Below, one piece after another: positions 52,819-62,857 of a DNA stretch of 64,000 bases. The position numbers and the translations under genes are program-made. Where the stretch lies: contig CAVXLD010000010.1 of the NCBI GenBank assembly GCA_963762565.1, forward strand, positions 448,001-512,000, in the 5' to 3' direction. Below the pieces are notes generated by a model. The model worked only from the letters and a program-made list of their open reading frames with translations, was not told the DNA's origin and searched no databases. This stretch comes from an uncultured Verrucomicrobiae bacterium (lineage in GTDB: Bacteria > Verrucomicrobiota > Verrucomicrobiia > Chthoniobacterales > JAFAMB01). Numbering within the stretch: position 1 is the first letter of the stretch; the number at the start of each line of letters is the position of its first letter.

Positions 52819-52839
52819 ACCGATCGCACCAGGTACGAC

Positions 52840-55362
52840 ATGGACATTGCATTACCCATTTTCGAGCTCGAGGACAAGATTGTCGAAACCCTGGCCGAAA
52901 CACCTCGCTTGATCTTGCAAGCGCCTACCGGCTCCGGCAAATCGACTCAGGTGCCCCAGATCTTGCTCGACCACGGTTTGGCTGGGCACGGCCAAATTGT
53001 CGTGCTTCAGCCGAGACGCTTGCCGACCCGTTTACTGGCGGCTCGAATCGCGCAAGAACGTGATGCGGTTTTGGGCGAAGAAGTCGGGTACCAGATCCGT
53101 TTGGATAATGTCACTTCTTCAGCAACGCGGATCCGTTTTGTTACCGAAGGGGTCTTACTGCGTCAAATGGTGAGCAACCCCCGGCTAGCCGGAATCTCGG
53201 TCATCATTTTTGACGAGTTTCATGAACGCCATCTTTATAGCGATATTGCTTTGGCCCGGGCTCTTGAGATCCAGGAGACCGATCGCCCGGATCTAAAGCT
53301 GGTTGTGATGTCGGCGACGCTCGATACCGCACAACTGCAAACCTATCTGAATCCCACCACAGTACTTACCTCAGTCGGACGCACGTTCCCGGTTGAGATT
53401 GAATACCTGAAAAGACAAGTGGTTGACGAACCGCCATGGGAATTAGCGGTCGACGCTCTCCATCAAGCCGGCCAGGACGACGGTGACGTGCTTATCTTCA
53501 TGCCGGGAGCCTACGAGATAGCTCGTACCATCGAGGAAATTAAACGCTCTCGATTCGACGGCGTTGTATTACCGCTGCACGGCGATTTATCGCCTCGGTC
53601 GCAGGACGCGGCGGTTGCCACGTACGACAAACGGAAAATCGTTGTTTCAACCAATGTCGCTGAGACCTCGCTCACCATCGACGGTGTTACTCTCGTCATC
53701 GATAGCGGTTTAGCGAAAATCGCGAAGTACGATCCCCATCGCGGAATCAACACCTTGATTCCGGAGAAAATCAGCCGGGCATCGGCGGACCAACGAGCTG
53801 GCCGAGCCGGCAGAACTGCTCCAGGGCGCTGCATTCGCCTCTGGTCAGAACGAGATCATTTGAACCGGCGACCACAGGATTTGCCGGAGGTAAAGCGCCT
53901 GGACTTAGCCGAAGTCATGCTGAATCTGAAGGCAGCCGGTGTATCGGACATCAATCGGTTCCGGTGGCTTGAGCGCCCCGATGCTCGATCGCTGGCCCGA
54001 GCAATCGAATTACTCGCTGATTTAGGCGCGATTGACAGGCACACGGAAGAAATCACCAGTTTAGGCAACCGGATGCTTTCGTTTCCGGTACATCCGCGCT
54101 ATTCCCGCATGCTGTTGATGGCTAACGAGCTTGGGTGCGTATCGACGATCGCCCTGATCGCAGCGCTCACCCAGGAACGGTACCTTTTGCGCCGGGCAGA
54201 AAACAAACAGATGGAGCACGACCGTGAGCTTCTATTGGGCGGCGAAGCGGAATCGGATTTTTTCGTGTTGATACGCGCATGGCTCTACGCGAACCAACAT
54301 GGCGCCGAACAAGCCAGACGCCTCGGGATCCGCTATTCGGTCTCTCAACAGGTCAGACGCCTGTTCGATCAATTTCTCGATATCGCGAAGGCCGAGGGGT
54401 TAGACATTTCCAGGCCGCCAAACGATTTCAACGCGGAATCGCTTGGTAAATGCTTGCTGGTCGGCTTCTCGGATCACCTAAGCCGGCGGGTCGACGCAGG
54501 CACGCTACGATGCGACCTGGTGCACGAGCGCCGCGGAGTTCTCGCTCGGGAAAGCGTCGTTCAAAAGAGTCCGCTTTTTGTCGCGGCGGAGATTCGGGAA
54601 ATACAAGGTAGAGACGAAGAGCTTTTAATCTTGCTATCGCTCGCAACCGCCGTGCGAGAAGAATGGTTACGCGAACTCTATCCTGAGGATTTTCAGGAAA
54701 CTCGCGCGGAGTATTACGACCCGGCTTTACGTCGAGTAGTGGGCCGCACCGACCAGATCTTCCGCGACTTGGTCCTACACAGTCGTAAGAGCGACCCTCG
54801 CGGCGACGACCTGACTTCATCGACCCTCGCCGCGGAGGTGATCAACGGTCGTTGCCCATTGGACCATTGGGATCATGAGGTCGAGCAGTGGATAACGCGG
54901 GTCAATTGCCTGCACGATTGGTGTCCGGAATTGGAGGTGCCAGAGATTGATCAGGAAGCTCGGAACTATTTGATCACCCAGATTTGCGAGGGCGCCACCG
55001 GTTATCGCGAAATCAAGGAACGTCCGGTATGGCCCGTGCTCAAAGCATGGCTGCCGCCCTCAAAACTGCCGTTGGTCGATCGTTTGGCGCCGGCCCGATT
55101 CGAGCTTCCCGGTGGCAAACGCCTCAAGCTCTCATATACACGAGGTCAACCGCCAGTTTTGTCAGCCCGAATCCAAGACCTATACGGTGTGGAACAATCT
55201 CTCAAAGTGTGCGCTGGACGAATCTCGGTGCTCATTCATGTACTAGCTCCAAACAATCGCCCCATTCAGATTACGCAGGAGCTAACCACCTTTTGGCGCG
55301 AAGCCTATCCGAAGCTCAAGCTGGAGCTTCAGCGGAAATATCCAAAACATGAATGGCGCTAG
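52840..55362 (+). CDS. hrpB: ATP-dependent RNA helicase HrpB
   Basis: APTGSGKST, DEFHER, MSAT, QRAGRAGR, C-terminal YPKHEW. Confidence 0.95.
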   Translation: MDIALPIFELEDKIVETLAETPRLILQAPTGSGKSTQVPQILLDHGLAGHGQIVVLQPRRLPTRLLAARIAQERDAVLGEEVGYQIRLDNVTSSATRIRFVTEGVLLRQMVSNPRLAGISVIIFDEFHERHLYSDIALARALEIQETDRPDLKLVVMSATLDTAQLQTYLNPTTVLTSVGRTFPVEIEYLKRQVVDEPPWELAVDALHQAGQDDGDVLIFMPGAYEIARTIEEIKRSRFDGVVLPLHGDLSPRSQDAAVATYDKRKIVVSTNVAETSLTIDGVTLVIDSGLAKIAKYDPHRGINTLIPEKISRASADQRAGRAGRTAPGRCIRLWSERDHLNRRPQDLPEVKRLDLAEVMLNLKAAGVSDINRFRWLERPDARSLARAIELLADLGAIDRHTEEITSLGNRMLSFPVHPRYSRMLLMANELGCVSTIALIAALTQERYLLRRAENKQMEHDRELLLGGEAESDFFVLIRAWLYANQHGAEQARRLGIRYSVSQQVRRLFDQFLDIAKAEGLDISRPPNDFNAESLGKCLLVGFSDHLSRRVDAGTLRCDLVHERRGVLARESVVQKSPLFVAAEIREIQGRDEELLILLSLATAVREEWLRELYPEDFQETRAEYYDPALRRVVGRTDQIFRDLVLHSRKSDPRGDDLTSSTLAAEVINGRCPLDHWDHEVEQWITRVNCLHDWCPELEVPEIDQEARNYLITQICEGATGYREIKERPVWPVLKAWLPPSKLPLVDRLAPARFELPGGKRLKLSYTRGQPPVLSARIQDLYGVEQSLKVCAGRISVLIHVLAPNNRPIQITQELTTFWREAYPKLKLELQRKYPKHEWR

Positions 55363-55388
55363 CCCGCTGCCGTCATAGGCAGCGCGCT

Positions 55389-55488
55389 ATGACAAATGAC
55401 AAATTACAAATGACAGATTTTCTCGGACAAGCGCGACAGACCGACGCCAAATTTGTCATCTGTCATCTGTCATCTGTCATCTGTCATT
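55389..55488. repeat. Inverted pair of ATGACAA/TGTCATC heptamer arrays
   Basis: ATGACAAATGACAAATTACAAATGACAGA ... (TGTCATC)x4-5. Confidence 0.88.
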
Positions 55489-55508
55489 CAAAATGATGCT
55501 ATGACGCA

Positions 55509-56354
55509 TCATTTTGAGTCCTCGTTCCACGGCTGGTTGGCCTGATAATAAACTAAGCGCCTTTGAAACTGTGGGATGTCATCCTGCTCTCCGTTAAGCA
55601 TCGCTTTCCCTTCCCAACGCTGGGCTGAAGCGAAATCGCCCTGCGAAGCACACGCCGCCGCCAAAACGTCCAAAATCGTGGCATCTTTTTCGCGGGCCAG
55701 TTTCGAGGCTTCAGTTGCTAGCTGCATCGCTGCTGCCGGGTTGTGGATCTTTGGATCTTTCGTGGTGGCGTACAACCATGCGGCCCCGGCCCGGCTGTAG
55801 GGATCTTTCGGGTCGGTTTTCGCCGCCTCGATAAAGGTATTGAGGGCTCCAGCTTTATCGCCCAGCCGGCTTTGAGCGTTTGCTTTTAGAATCTGAAGCT
55901 GACAAAGATTCAGACGGTTGGCATCACCGTTGTTGGTCTGCAAAGCGTGGTCTACCGCGTCGATCACATCCTTGTGCCGGTTCAGGTTCGCGGCGGCGGC
56001 CGCTCGCGCCGCGTATAGCCACCAACGTTCCGGATGCTGTTTTACCGCCTTCGTAGCAAAGTTGTAGGCGTCTTTCCAAAGCCCGTTTTCGCAAAACACT
56101 CCGAACTCGCTCGCTTCTGCTTTTTCCTCAGGCGTGAATTTGTGGCCCGGCGGAAAAATTTCGTCGAAGCTTTGTGGCGGAGCAGGCCCCTGACCTCTCC
56201 GGGCGATCCGATGCCTCGACAACCGGTGCATCTTCCCCGCTTGGCTTTTCTTGGTTGATTTTTGAGTGCTTGACGAAGCTGAGACCTGCGAGACTCCGCT
56301 CAGCAGCCATATCATCAGCAAAAAAATTCCTGTAGTTCTAAAAACAAATCTCAC
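55509..56354 (-). CDS. Exported TPR-repeat protein
   Basis: Signal peptide, TPR helices, AWLYAT..LDVLAAACA. Confidence 0.8.
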   Translation of the reverse strand: MRFVFRTTGIFLLMIWLLSGVSQVSASSSTQKSTKKSQAGKMHRLSRHRIARRGQGPAPPQSFDEIFPPGHKFTPEEKAEASEFGVFCENGLWKDAYNFATKAVKQHPERWWLYAARAAAAANLNRHKDVIDAVDHALQTNNGDANRLNLCQLQILKANAQSRLGDKAGALNTFIEAAKTDPKDPYSRAGAAWLYATTKDPKIHNPAAAMQLATEASKLAREKDATILDVLAAACASQGDFASAQRWEGKAMLNGEQDDIPQFQRRLVYYQANQPWNEDSK

Positions 56355-56564
56355 TTTTCCTTGCTCTGAATCCCCTAACCTCTGTACCGGATCTCACGCT
56401 TTTACAACCTGCCTTTGAGAAACCTTCGTCGTGTCTCTAGTCGTCTCTCTAATTCGTCTCCCTATTTAGCTAGAGGTCCGAGAACCTGCAGTAGACCAAT
56501 GTCGGCGTCACGATTTTTTGGTTTTTTCTTTTTTAACCTGCATATTGTATCAAATCTCCTCACT

Positions 56565-57557
56565 ATGATTGCGGGAACTTCAAGCCGCGATATAACGGTC
56601 CAGGACCGTCTCCGCGGTGCAGTATGGGGCCAATTTGTCGGTGACGCCTCCGCCTTAGGTGCGCATTGGATTTACGATCTGCGAGAGCTGTCTGCAAAAT
56701 TTCCCGGCGGAGTCGTCGGTTTCGAGACCCCTCAGCCCGGGCATTATCACGAAGGACGGAAACCAGGTGACCAAACCCATTATGGTGACGGCGCTTTGGT
56801 CCTCCTCGAATCGATAGCCGAGGTTGGAGGATTCGATGCTCGTGCCTTCGGGAAACGCTTTGTGGACACCTTCGGGTCACCTAATTATCGAGGTTACCTC
56901 GACCACGCGACCAAGGGCACTTTAGAGAATTATCGGCGGTTCTGCGAAAGCAACCCTCCCGACCGTTTTGATTTCCAACAGGGCGCTAACGACGACGAAC
57001 TGGCCGGCGGCTCGCGCCTCGCCAGCTTGGTGGCCCGCTACTGGCGGGAACCCAACTTACCTGACCTAGTGGAAGTGGCGACCAAAGTTTGTCAGAACAC
57101 GCCAAGGGCAATCGGGTACATGAAATTTCACGGTTTATTCTTGGTCGAGCTTCTGTTTGGACGGGATATTCATCGAGCGCTAAACAACGCTCAAGTGAGG
57201 CTCGATTTCGTGGCTCCCGAACTCGGCCCCGAAATCCGGCACAAAATCCAACAGGCACTAGGCGAAACGTTCGAGGAGGTAACGGAAGCGACCTTGACCT
57301 TCGGACAATCCTGTCCGCTACCTAATAGCTTTCCATCCGCTCTTCATGCGTTCCTAAAGCACAGTGACGATTTCGAAACGGCGATCTTAGCGACTCTGCG
57401 AGCCGGCGGAGACAACGCTGGACGAGGCTCTATGCTTGGCGCTTGGCTAGGCGCGCATTTGGGCATGGACGCTATCCCAAAGGATTGGCGCACCAAGCTG
57501 ACGGCCGAGTCACGCATCTCCGCGGCACTTGACCGGATTTTGCTAGACGAAAGCTAG
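56565..57557 (+). CDS. ADP-ribosylglycohydrolase family protein
   Basis: DRLRGAVWGQFVGDA, GDQTHYGD, AGGDNAGRG, IPKDW; start corrected to ATG 56565. Confidence 0.88.
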   Translation: MIAGTSSRDITVQDRLRGAVWGQFVGDASALGAHWIYDLRELSAKFPGGVVGFETPQPGHYHEGRKPGDQTHYGDGALVLLESIAEVGGFDARAFGKRFVDTFGSPNYRGYLDHATKGTLENYRRFCESNPPDRFDFQQGANDDELAGGSRLASLVARYWREPNLPDLVEVATKVCQNTPRAIGYMKFHGLFLVELLFGRDIHRALNNAQVRLDFVAPELGPEIRHKIQQALGETFEEVTEATLTFGQSCPLPNSFPSALHAFLKHSDDFETAILATLRAGGDNAGRGSMLGAWLGAHLGMDAIPKDWRTKLTAESRISAALDRILLDES

Positions 57558-57570
57558 TAGCAGCGAGACC

Positions 57571-57746
57571 GGAAGGTGAGAAGTGAGAAGTGATTGGTGA
57601 GAAGTGAGAAGCGACCGCTGCGTCGTTGATTGCCGAGAACTTGGCGCCGGTGACCTATAAGTCCTACAGGTCGCATCAAGTCCTATTCGTGATGCGTCTC
57701 CCACGGCCACCACCTCTCACCTCTCACCAATCACTTCTCACCTTCC
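57571..57746. repeat. Inverted pair of GTGAGAA heptamer arrays enclosing a GACCTATAAGTCC-type unit
   Basis: GGAAGGTGAGAAGTGAGAAGTGATTGGTGAGAAG ... CTCTCACCAATCACTTCTCACCTTCC. The inner unit resembles 9945-9970. Confidence 0.85.
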
Positions 57747-58958
57747 CTACTTACCTCGCCTGCCAAACGAATACCCTCGGCTGGTCCGGTACCCTTTAAC
57801 CGGTTTTAGCGTCTGTTTGGCTTCATCAAACAGGGCAGTATAGACGTACGGAAAACCCGTTAACCTGACCCGAGGTACCCTTTGGTCGATGAGACGCTCG
57901 ATATCGAGCATGGCTTTCAACTCCTCGGCTGTGACCAAAGTAAAGGCGTCTCCGGCTTGTTCAGCTCGGCCCGTACGCCCGATCCGATGCACGTAATCTT
58001 CCGGGTGAAGCGGGATGTCGTAGTTGACTACGTGAGTAACTCCCGCGATATCGAGCCCTCGCGCAGCGATATCCGTTGCTACCAAGACTTCGTATGTTCC
58101 CTTTTTGAACCCCTCCAGCGCTGCAATCCGTTCCCGCTGGTTCCGGTCCGAGTGGAGCACCGTTACCGAATGTTTCAGCGTTTTTAATCGATCCGAAATT
58201 TCATCCGCCGCCTGTTTCGTGCGCGTAAAAACAATCACGCTTTCGTAATGCGTTTGCTCTAGGAGCTGAACCAGGAGGTCAAATTTTTGGGCAGCCGCAA
58301 CGGGATAGAACGCATGGGTAACTGTTTCCGCCGCCGCTCTTCTTACGCCGATATCGATCACGACTGGATTCTGCAAGACCCAAGACGCCAAGCCATCGAT
58401 CTCAGGTGGGATCGTTGCCGAGAACAAAAGCGTTTGCCGCTGTTTGGGGCAGAGCTCGACGATCCTCCGTACATCCGGCAAAAACCCCATATCCAGCATC
58501 CGATCGACCTCATCCAGGACCAGGATCTCTATCGATCGCAAATTCATCGAACCTCTCTGCTGCAAGTCCAGCAACCGGCCCGGCGTAGCGATGATTACGT
58601 CAACCCCGAACTCCAGCAACTTCTTCTGTCGTTCGTAGCCGACGCCGCCATAAAAAACTCCGATTTCGGCCTCCGAAAATCGGCCGTAATACTGGAATGC
58701 ATCTTCGACCTGCAGCGCAAGTTCGCGCGTCGGTTCTAATACCAGACATCGCGGACCTTTCCTCGAACCGAGCAAAGTCAGGATTGGTAAGGCAAAGGCG
58801 GCCGTCTTGCCGGTGCCGGTTTGAGCCGATCCAATCAAGTCCTTTTTGTCGAGGATCAGAGGAATGCATTGCTCCTGAATTGGCGTTGGTTCGACATAGC
58901 CGAGTGACTGCACTCCGTGCAACACGGCGTCTGATAGGCCTAAATTCTGAAAGCTCAT
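57747..58958 (-). CDS. DEAD-box RNA helicase (RhlE-like)
   Basis: AQTGTGKT, PTRELA, DEVD, SAT, HRIGRTGR. Confidence 0.95.
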   Translation of the reverse strand: MSFQNLGLSDAVLHGVQSLGYVEPTPIQEQCIPLILDKKDLIGSAQTGTGKTAAFALPILTLLGSRKGPRCLVLEPTRELALQVEDAFQYYGRFSEAEIGVFYGGVGYERQKKLLEFGVDVIIATPGRLLDLQQRGSMNLRSIEILVLDEVDRMLDMGFLPDVRRIVELCPKQRQTLLFSATIPPEIDGLASWVLQNPVVIDIGVRRAAAETVTHAFYPVAAAQKFDLLVQLLEQTHYESVIVFTRTKQAADEISDRLKTLKHSVTVLHSDRNQRERIAALEGFKKGTYEVLVATDIAARGLDIAGVTHVVNYDIPLHPEDYVHRIGRTGRAEQAGDAFTLVTAEELKAMLDIERLIDQRVPRVRLTGFPYVYTALFDEAKQTLKPVKGYRTSRGYSFGRRGK

Positions 58959-59023
58959 TCCGGGCCTGAACTATCAGGCATCCTCCTGAAATCGCAAATT
59001 ATAGCCGGAAAGGGGGGGCAGCG

Positions 59024-59258
59024 TGTCGGCGTATGGGCGAAACGGCGAAGGGCGTATGGGCGAAACGGCGAAGGGGCGAATGGGCGAACCACACGCACGG
59101 AGCGGCTCAAAACCGGCGCGCAGAGCCACCGCCAGCGAACAATATCCTGGGCGCGCCGAGTTTTTCGCCCTACCAATCCTGGCCAAAATCGCCCTTTCGC
59201 CCCATCTCTGCATCGCCCCTTCGCCGTTTCGCCGTTTCGCCCATTCGCCGTTTCGCCT
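59024..59258. repeat. Inverted pair of GGCGAAAC octamer arrays enclosing a half family E element (59089-59174)
   Basis: GGGCGAAACGGCGAAGGGCGTATGGGCGAAACGGCGAA ... TTCGCCGTTTCGCCGTTTCGCCCATTCGCC. Confidence 0.88.
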
Positions 59259-59304
59259 CCCACACGCCTTTGCTTTCCCGTCTCCTTCACGGTATTCCAG
59301 GGAA

Positions 59305-59739
59305 GTGACAAAAAAGGTCCTATTCATCTGCACTGGAAACTTTTACCGGAGCCGTTTTGCCGAGGCCGTCTTCAATTTCCACGCCGATCAACGGAAACTT
59401 CCCTGGCACGCCTATTCACGCGGGCTGGCTATCCATTGGGCCGACGGTTTCTTGTCTCCGTTTACGGAGGCTGCATTATCCGAGCGCCGGATCCCGATCA
59501 GCTACACAGGTCTCGGTCGCATACAGCTCACAGAGAAGGACTTAGAATCTGCCGACCTTCGTATCGCCTTGGATCGCGCAGAGCACCTTCAGATGATGGA
59601 AGAACAGTTCCCAAACTGGACCCAACGGATTCAATACTGGGAAGTTCCAGATATGCCCGGGGCTCTACCCGCAGTAGCCTTGCCATCGATCGAGAGCCAG
59701 ATTCTTCACCTTTTAGATCACCTGCCACATGCCGCCTGA
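59305..59739 (+). CDS. Low-molecular-weight phosphatase/ArsC-like protein
   Basis: VLFICTGNFYRSRFAE (CX5R). Start corrected to GTG 59305 because the upstream ORF extension is repeat-derived. Confidence 0.88.
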   Translation: MTKKVLFICTGNFYRSRFAEAVFNFHADQRKLPWHAYSRGLAIHWADGFLSPFTEAALSERRIPISYTGLGRIQLTEKDLESADLRIALDRAEHLQMMEEQFPNWTQRIQYWEVPDMPGALPAVALPSIESQILHLLDHLPHAA

Positions 59740-60613
59740 GTTCAATCTGCCCGGTATTCAAAAGATCGGCAGCGGTAAAGTAAGAGAGATTTTCGACGCC
59801 GGTGACCATGCCGTCATCGTTTCCACTGATCGCATCTCCGCGTTTGATTCCATTCTGCCAGAGCTGATCCCGGGAAAAGGGATCGTCCTGAACCAGCTTT
59901 CGGCTCATTGGTTCCGCAAGTTCTCGGATACAGCTAACCACTTTGTTTCGACTGCTATCGAAGAATTTCCGGGAGAATTCCAACGGTACTCAGGCGAACT
60001 AGCCGGCCGTTCCATGCTAGTCCGAAAAGCCCGCCCATTGCCGGTGGAATGCGTCGTTCGCGGATACTTAGCGGGATCAGGTTGGAAGGAATATCAAGAG
60101 TCCGGGCAGGTGAACGGCCAACCTTTGCCGGCAGGCCTGCGGCTCGCTTCTCGCCTCCCTGAGGTGATGTTCACACCCTCTACGAAGGCACACGCTGGCC
60201 ACGACGAACCCATTTCCTGGACTCAATTCTCTGACTTGGTAGGTCCCCAATTGGCCGGACCAATTCGCGACACAAGTCTCTCGTTGTTTATTGAGGGGAG
60301 CCAGTTTGCGTATGACCGCGGCATCATCGTGGCCGACACCAAGTTCGAATTTGGGGTCATCGACGATCAGTTGCTCCTGATCGACGAATGTCTGACTCCG
60401 GATTCGTCCCGGTTCTGGCCCGTTGCCGGCTATCAGGAAGGCATTAGTCCGCCAAGCTTTGACAAACAATTCGTGCGCGACTATCTGGAGTCTGTCGACT
60501 GGAATAAACAACCGCCCGCCCCGCATCTACCTGCTGAGGTAGTGGAAAAAACCGCTCAAAAGTACCAGGACGCCTTGGTAAGATTAACGGGTTACCGGTT
60601 GGCCTCTCGTTAG
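59729..60613 (+). CDS. purC: SAICAR synthase
   Basis: SGKVRE, DRISAFD, ADTKFEFG, TPDSSRFW, DKQFVRD. Confidence 0.96.
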   Translation: MPPEFNLPGIQKIGSGKVREIFDAGDHAVIVSTDRISAFDSILPELIPGKGIVLNQLSAHWFRKFSDTANHFVSTAIEEFPGEFQRYSGELAGRSMLVRKARPLPVECVVRGYLAGSGWKEYQESGQVNGQPLPAGLRLASRLPEVMFTPSTKAHAGHDEPISWTQFSDLVGPQLAGPIRDTSLSLFIEGSQFAYDRGIIVADTKFEFGVIDDQLLLIDECLTPDSSRFWPVAGYQEGISPPSFDKQFVRDYLESVDWNKQPPAPHLPAEVVEKTAQKYQDALVRLTGYRLASR

Positions 60614-60630
60614 TGTCCTGTCCCATAAAT
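60611..60630 (+). repeat. Solo IS/MITE-like end overlapping the purC stop
   Basis: TAGTGTCCTGTCCCATAAAT is 18/20 identical to the reverse complement of 6076-6095. Confidence 0.7.
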
Positions 60631-60645
60631 ATTATCGTTTGAGTC

Positions 60646-61554
60646 ATGATCGATCTGGAAAAGCATTTGCCTAAAAAGTGTGGATTTGATCCTAAAAAAG
60701 TTGTTGTCACCCCGGGTCAAACCGTTGCTCTAGCCAAGGACTTCGAGACCGATTACACCGGCACCTACAAAGACAAGAAGGACGCAGAAGCCGATCTGGA
60801 GACCAATGTACAACGTCTCGCGGACCAGCAGGACCTCTTATATGCGAGCGACACCTACGCGCTATTAATCCTATTTCAGGCGCTCGATGCCGCCGGCAAA
60901 GACGGCACCATTAAACACGTCATGTCGGGCGTTAATCCGCAAGGCTGTCGCGTTCAGAGCTTCAAGTCGCCCTCGGCCGAAGAGCTCGATCATGATTACA
61001 TGTGGAGAACAACCCGCGCCCTCCCTCGCCGCGGCCAGATCGGGATCTTCAACCGTTCATACTATGAGGAACTCTTAATCACTCGAGTCCATCCTGAGAT
61101 CCTCGCGCAGCAACATTTACCGCCAAAGGTCGATAAGAAAAATATCTGGAAACAAAGATTCGAGGATATCAACAACTTCGAGCGCTACCTTACAAATAAC
61201 GGAACTGTCATCCTGAAGTTCTTTTTGAATCTTTCCAAAGCCGAACAAAAGAGGCGCTTTCTCAAACGGATTGAAGAAAAAGAGAAGAATTGGAAATTTT
61301 CAGCGCCCGACATTCGAGAGCGACAGTTTTGGCCTCAGTACATCAACGCCTACGAACAAGTCTTCACCCATACGAGCACTCCCTGGGCGCCTTGGTTCGT
61401 TATCCCGGCCGATCACAAATGGTTTACCCGGCTGTGTGTTTCGCAAGTCATTGTGGCCGCTCTCAAATCCTTGGATCTCCACTATCCGACTGTCCCGGCC
61501 GCTAAGGCGCAAGAGCTGGAGAAGGCGAAACAAGAACTTCTCAGCGAGAAGTAG
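60646..61554 (+). CDS. ppk2: Polyphosphate kinase 2 family protein
   Basis: QALDAAGKDG, FNRSYYE, PWFVIPADHKW. Confidence 0.93.
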   Translation: MIDLEKHLPKKCGFDPKKVVVTPGQTVALAKDFETDYTGTYKDKKDAEADLETNVQRLADQQDLLYASDTYALLILFQALDAAGKDGTIKHVMSGVNPQGCRVQSFKSPSAEELDHDYMWRTTRALPRRGQIGIFNRSYYEELLITRVHPEILAQQHLPPKVDKKNIWKQRFEDINNFERYLTNNGTVILKFFLNLSKAEQKRRFLKRIEEKEKNWKFSAPDIRERQFWPQYINAYEQVFTHTSTPWAPWFVIPADHKWFTRLCVSQVIVAALKSLDLHYPTVPAAKAQELEKAKQELLSEK

Positions 61555-61557
61555 ACA

Positions 61558-61665
61558 GGAGGGATAGCTGCGCCTCGACTGAGCTCGCCGAAATCCTGTC
61601 CGCCATAGCTTTTCATGCCGATTATGAACTTGCGCATGATTTGGCGACGGCGGATCCTCACGATC
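61558..61665. repeat. Family A left arm (A4) carrying two nested inserts
   Basis: GGAGGGATAGCTG-[CGCCTCGACTGAGCTCGCCGAAAT]-[CCTGTCCGCCATAGC..GGCGACGGCGGA]-TCCTCACGATC. Confidence 0.75.
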
Positions 61666-61676
61666 CGTCGTTTTAA

Positions 61677-62831
61677 ATGCATTTTGAAGTTCTCTGTACT
61701 GACATCGTAACCCGAGCCCGCCGCGGTCGCTTGAAAACTGCTCACGGGGTCATCGAAACGCCGGTATTTATGCCGGTAGGAACCCAAGGAACAGTCAAAG
61801 CGACCACTCCAACCGAGTTGTTAGAGGTGGGTGCTCAAGTAATCCTGGGAAACACCTATCACCTCTTTTTACGGCCTGGTCTCGAGGTCATTCAGCATTC
61901 CGGTGGATTACACAAGTTCATGAGCTGGGACCGTCCGATCCTAACCGATAGCGGAGGGTTTCAGGTCTTTTCGCTCTCCAAATTACGGCGCATCACCGAA
62001 GAAGGGGTACATTTCAATAGCCATATCGACGGTTCGCCCTGCTTCCTCAGTCCAGAGGTCTCCATGCAGGTGCAGAAAACGTTGGATTCGGACATCGCAA
62101 TGGCTTTCGACGAATGCCCTCCTTATCCCTGCGAATACGAGTACGCGGCCAGTAGCCTCGATCGAACGCTGCGCTGGGCGCATCGCTGTCGAGCTTGGGC
62201 CGACAACCGGCGCAATAGTAACCCTCTGGTATTCGGCATTGTCCAAGGGGGGATTTATCAAGACCTGAGGGAAAAAAGTGCCCGCGCTTTAGTCAGTCTG
62301 GATTTTGACGGCTATGCCATTGGCGGCGTGAGTGTTGGCGAGCCGGAGCCGGAGATGATGCGAGCAATCGACAATAGTGAACCATTTCTCCCGCAAGATA
62401 AGCCTCGTTACGCCATGGGGTTAGGCACTCCTCCTCAGCTAGTCGAGATGGTAGCCAGAGGAGTAGATATGTTCGATTGCGTCCTGCCCACGCGCCTGGC
62501 GCGTAACGGAACCGCCTTCAGTGCCACCGGCACAGTTAACCTCAAAAACGCGACTTATCGGACCGATCTTCGCCCAATCGAAGAAGATTGCTCCTGTTCG
62601 ACCTGCCGTTCATTTACCCGGTCCTACATCCGTCATCTGATAAAAGCCGAGGAAATCCTCGGTCTACGCCTGATCACGATCCATAATCTGCATTTTTATC
62701 TCAATCTGATGCGCCACGTCCGCGCCGCCCTGGAAGCCGGAACTTTTGCTCAGTTCCGCGAACACTTTGTGGCCAACTACGCCAAGTACGAGCCCCAGGT
62801 GTCGGGACCCGAAGCGGAAGGTGGCGAATAA
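61677..62831 (+). CDS. tgt: Queuine tRNA-ribosyltransferase
   Basis: TPVFMPVGT, TDSGGFQ, DMFDCV, CSCSTC Zn site. Confidence 0.97.
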   Translation: MHFEVLCTDIVTRARRGRLKTAHGVIETPVFMPVGTQGTVKATTPTELLEVGAQVILGNTYHLFLRPGLEVIQHSGGLHKFMSWDRPILTDSGGFQVFSLSKLRRITEEGVHFNSHIDGSPCFLSPEVSMQVQKTLDSDIAMAFDECPPYPCEYEYAASSLDRTLRWAHRCRAWADNRRNSNPLVFGIVQGGIYQDLREKSARALVSLDFDGYAIGGVSVGEPEPEMMRAIDNSEPFLPQDKPRYAMGLGTPPQLVEMVARGVDMFDCVLPTRLARNGTAFSATGTVNLKNATYRTDLRPIEEDCSCSTCRSFTRSYIRHLIKAEEILGLRLITIHNLHFYLNLMRHVRAALEAGTFAQFREHFVANYAKYEPQVSGPEAEGGE

Positions 62832-62857
62832 GAACGTGTTAGCCCCCGTGGTCCCCC

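Noticed and set aside
58955..59333. ORFs 58955-59311, 58974-59333, 59033-59308 and the N-terminal extension of the phosphatase
   Set aside because: They are translations of the GGCGAAAC octamer arrays and E3 (GETAK/RRFA patterns), not credible genes.
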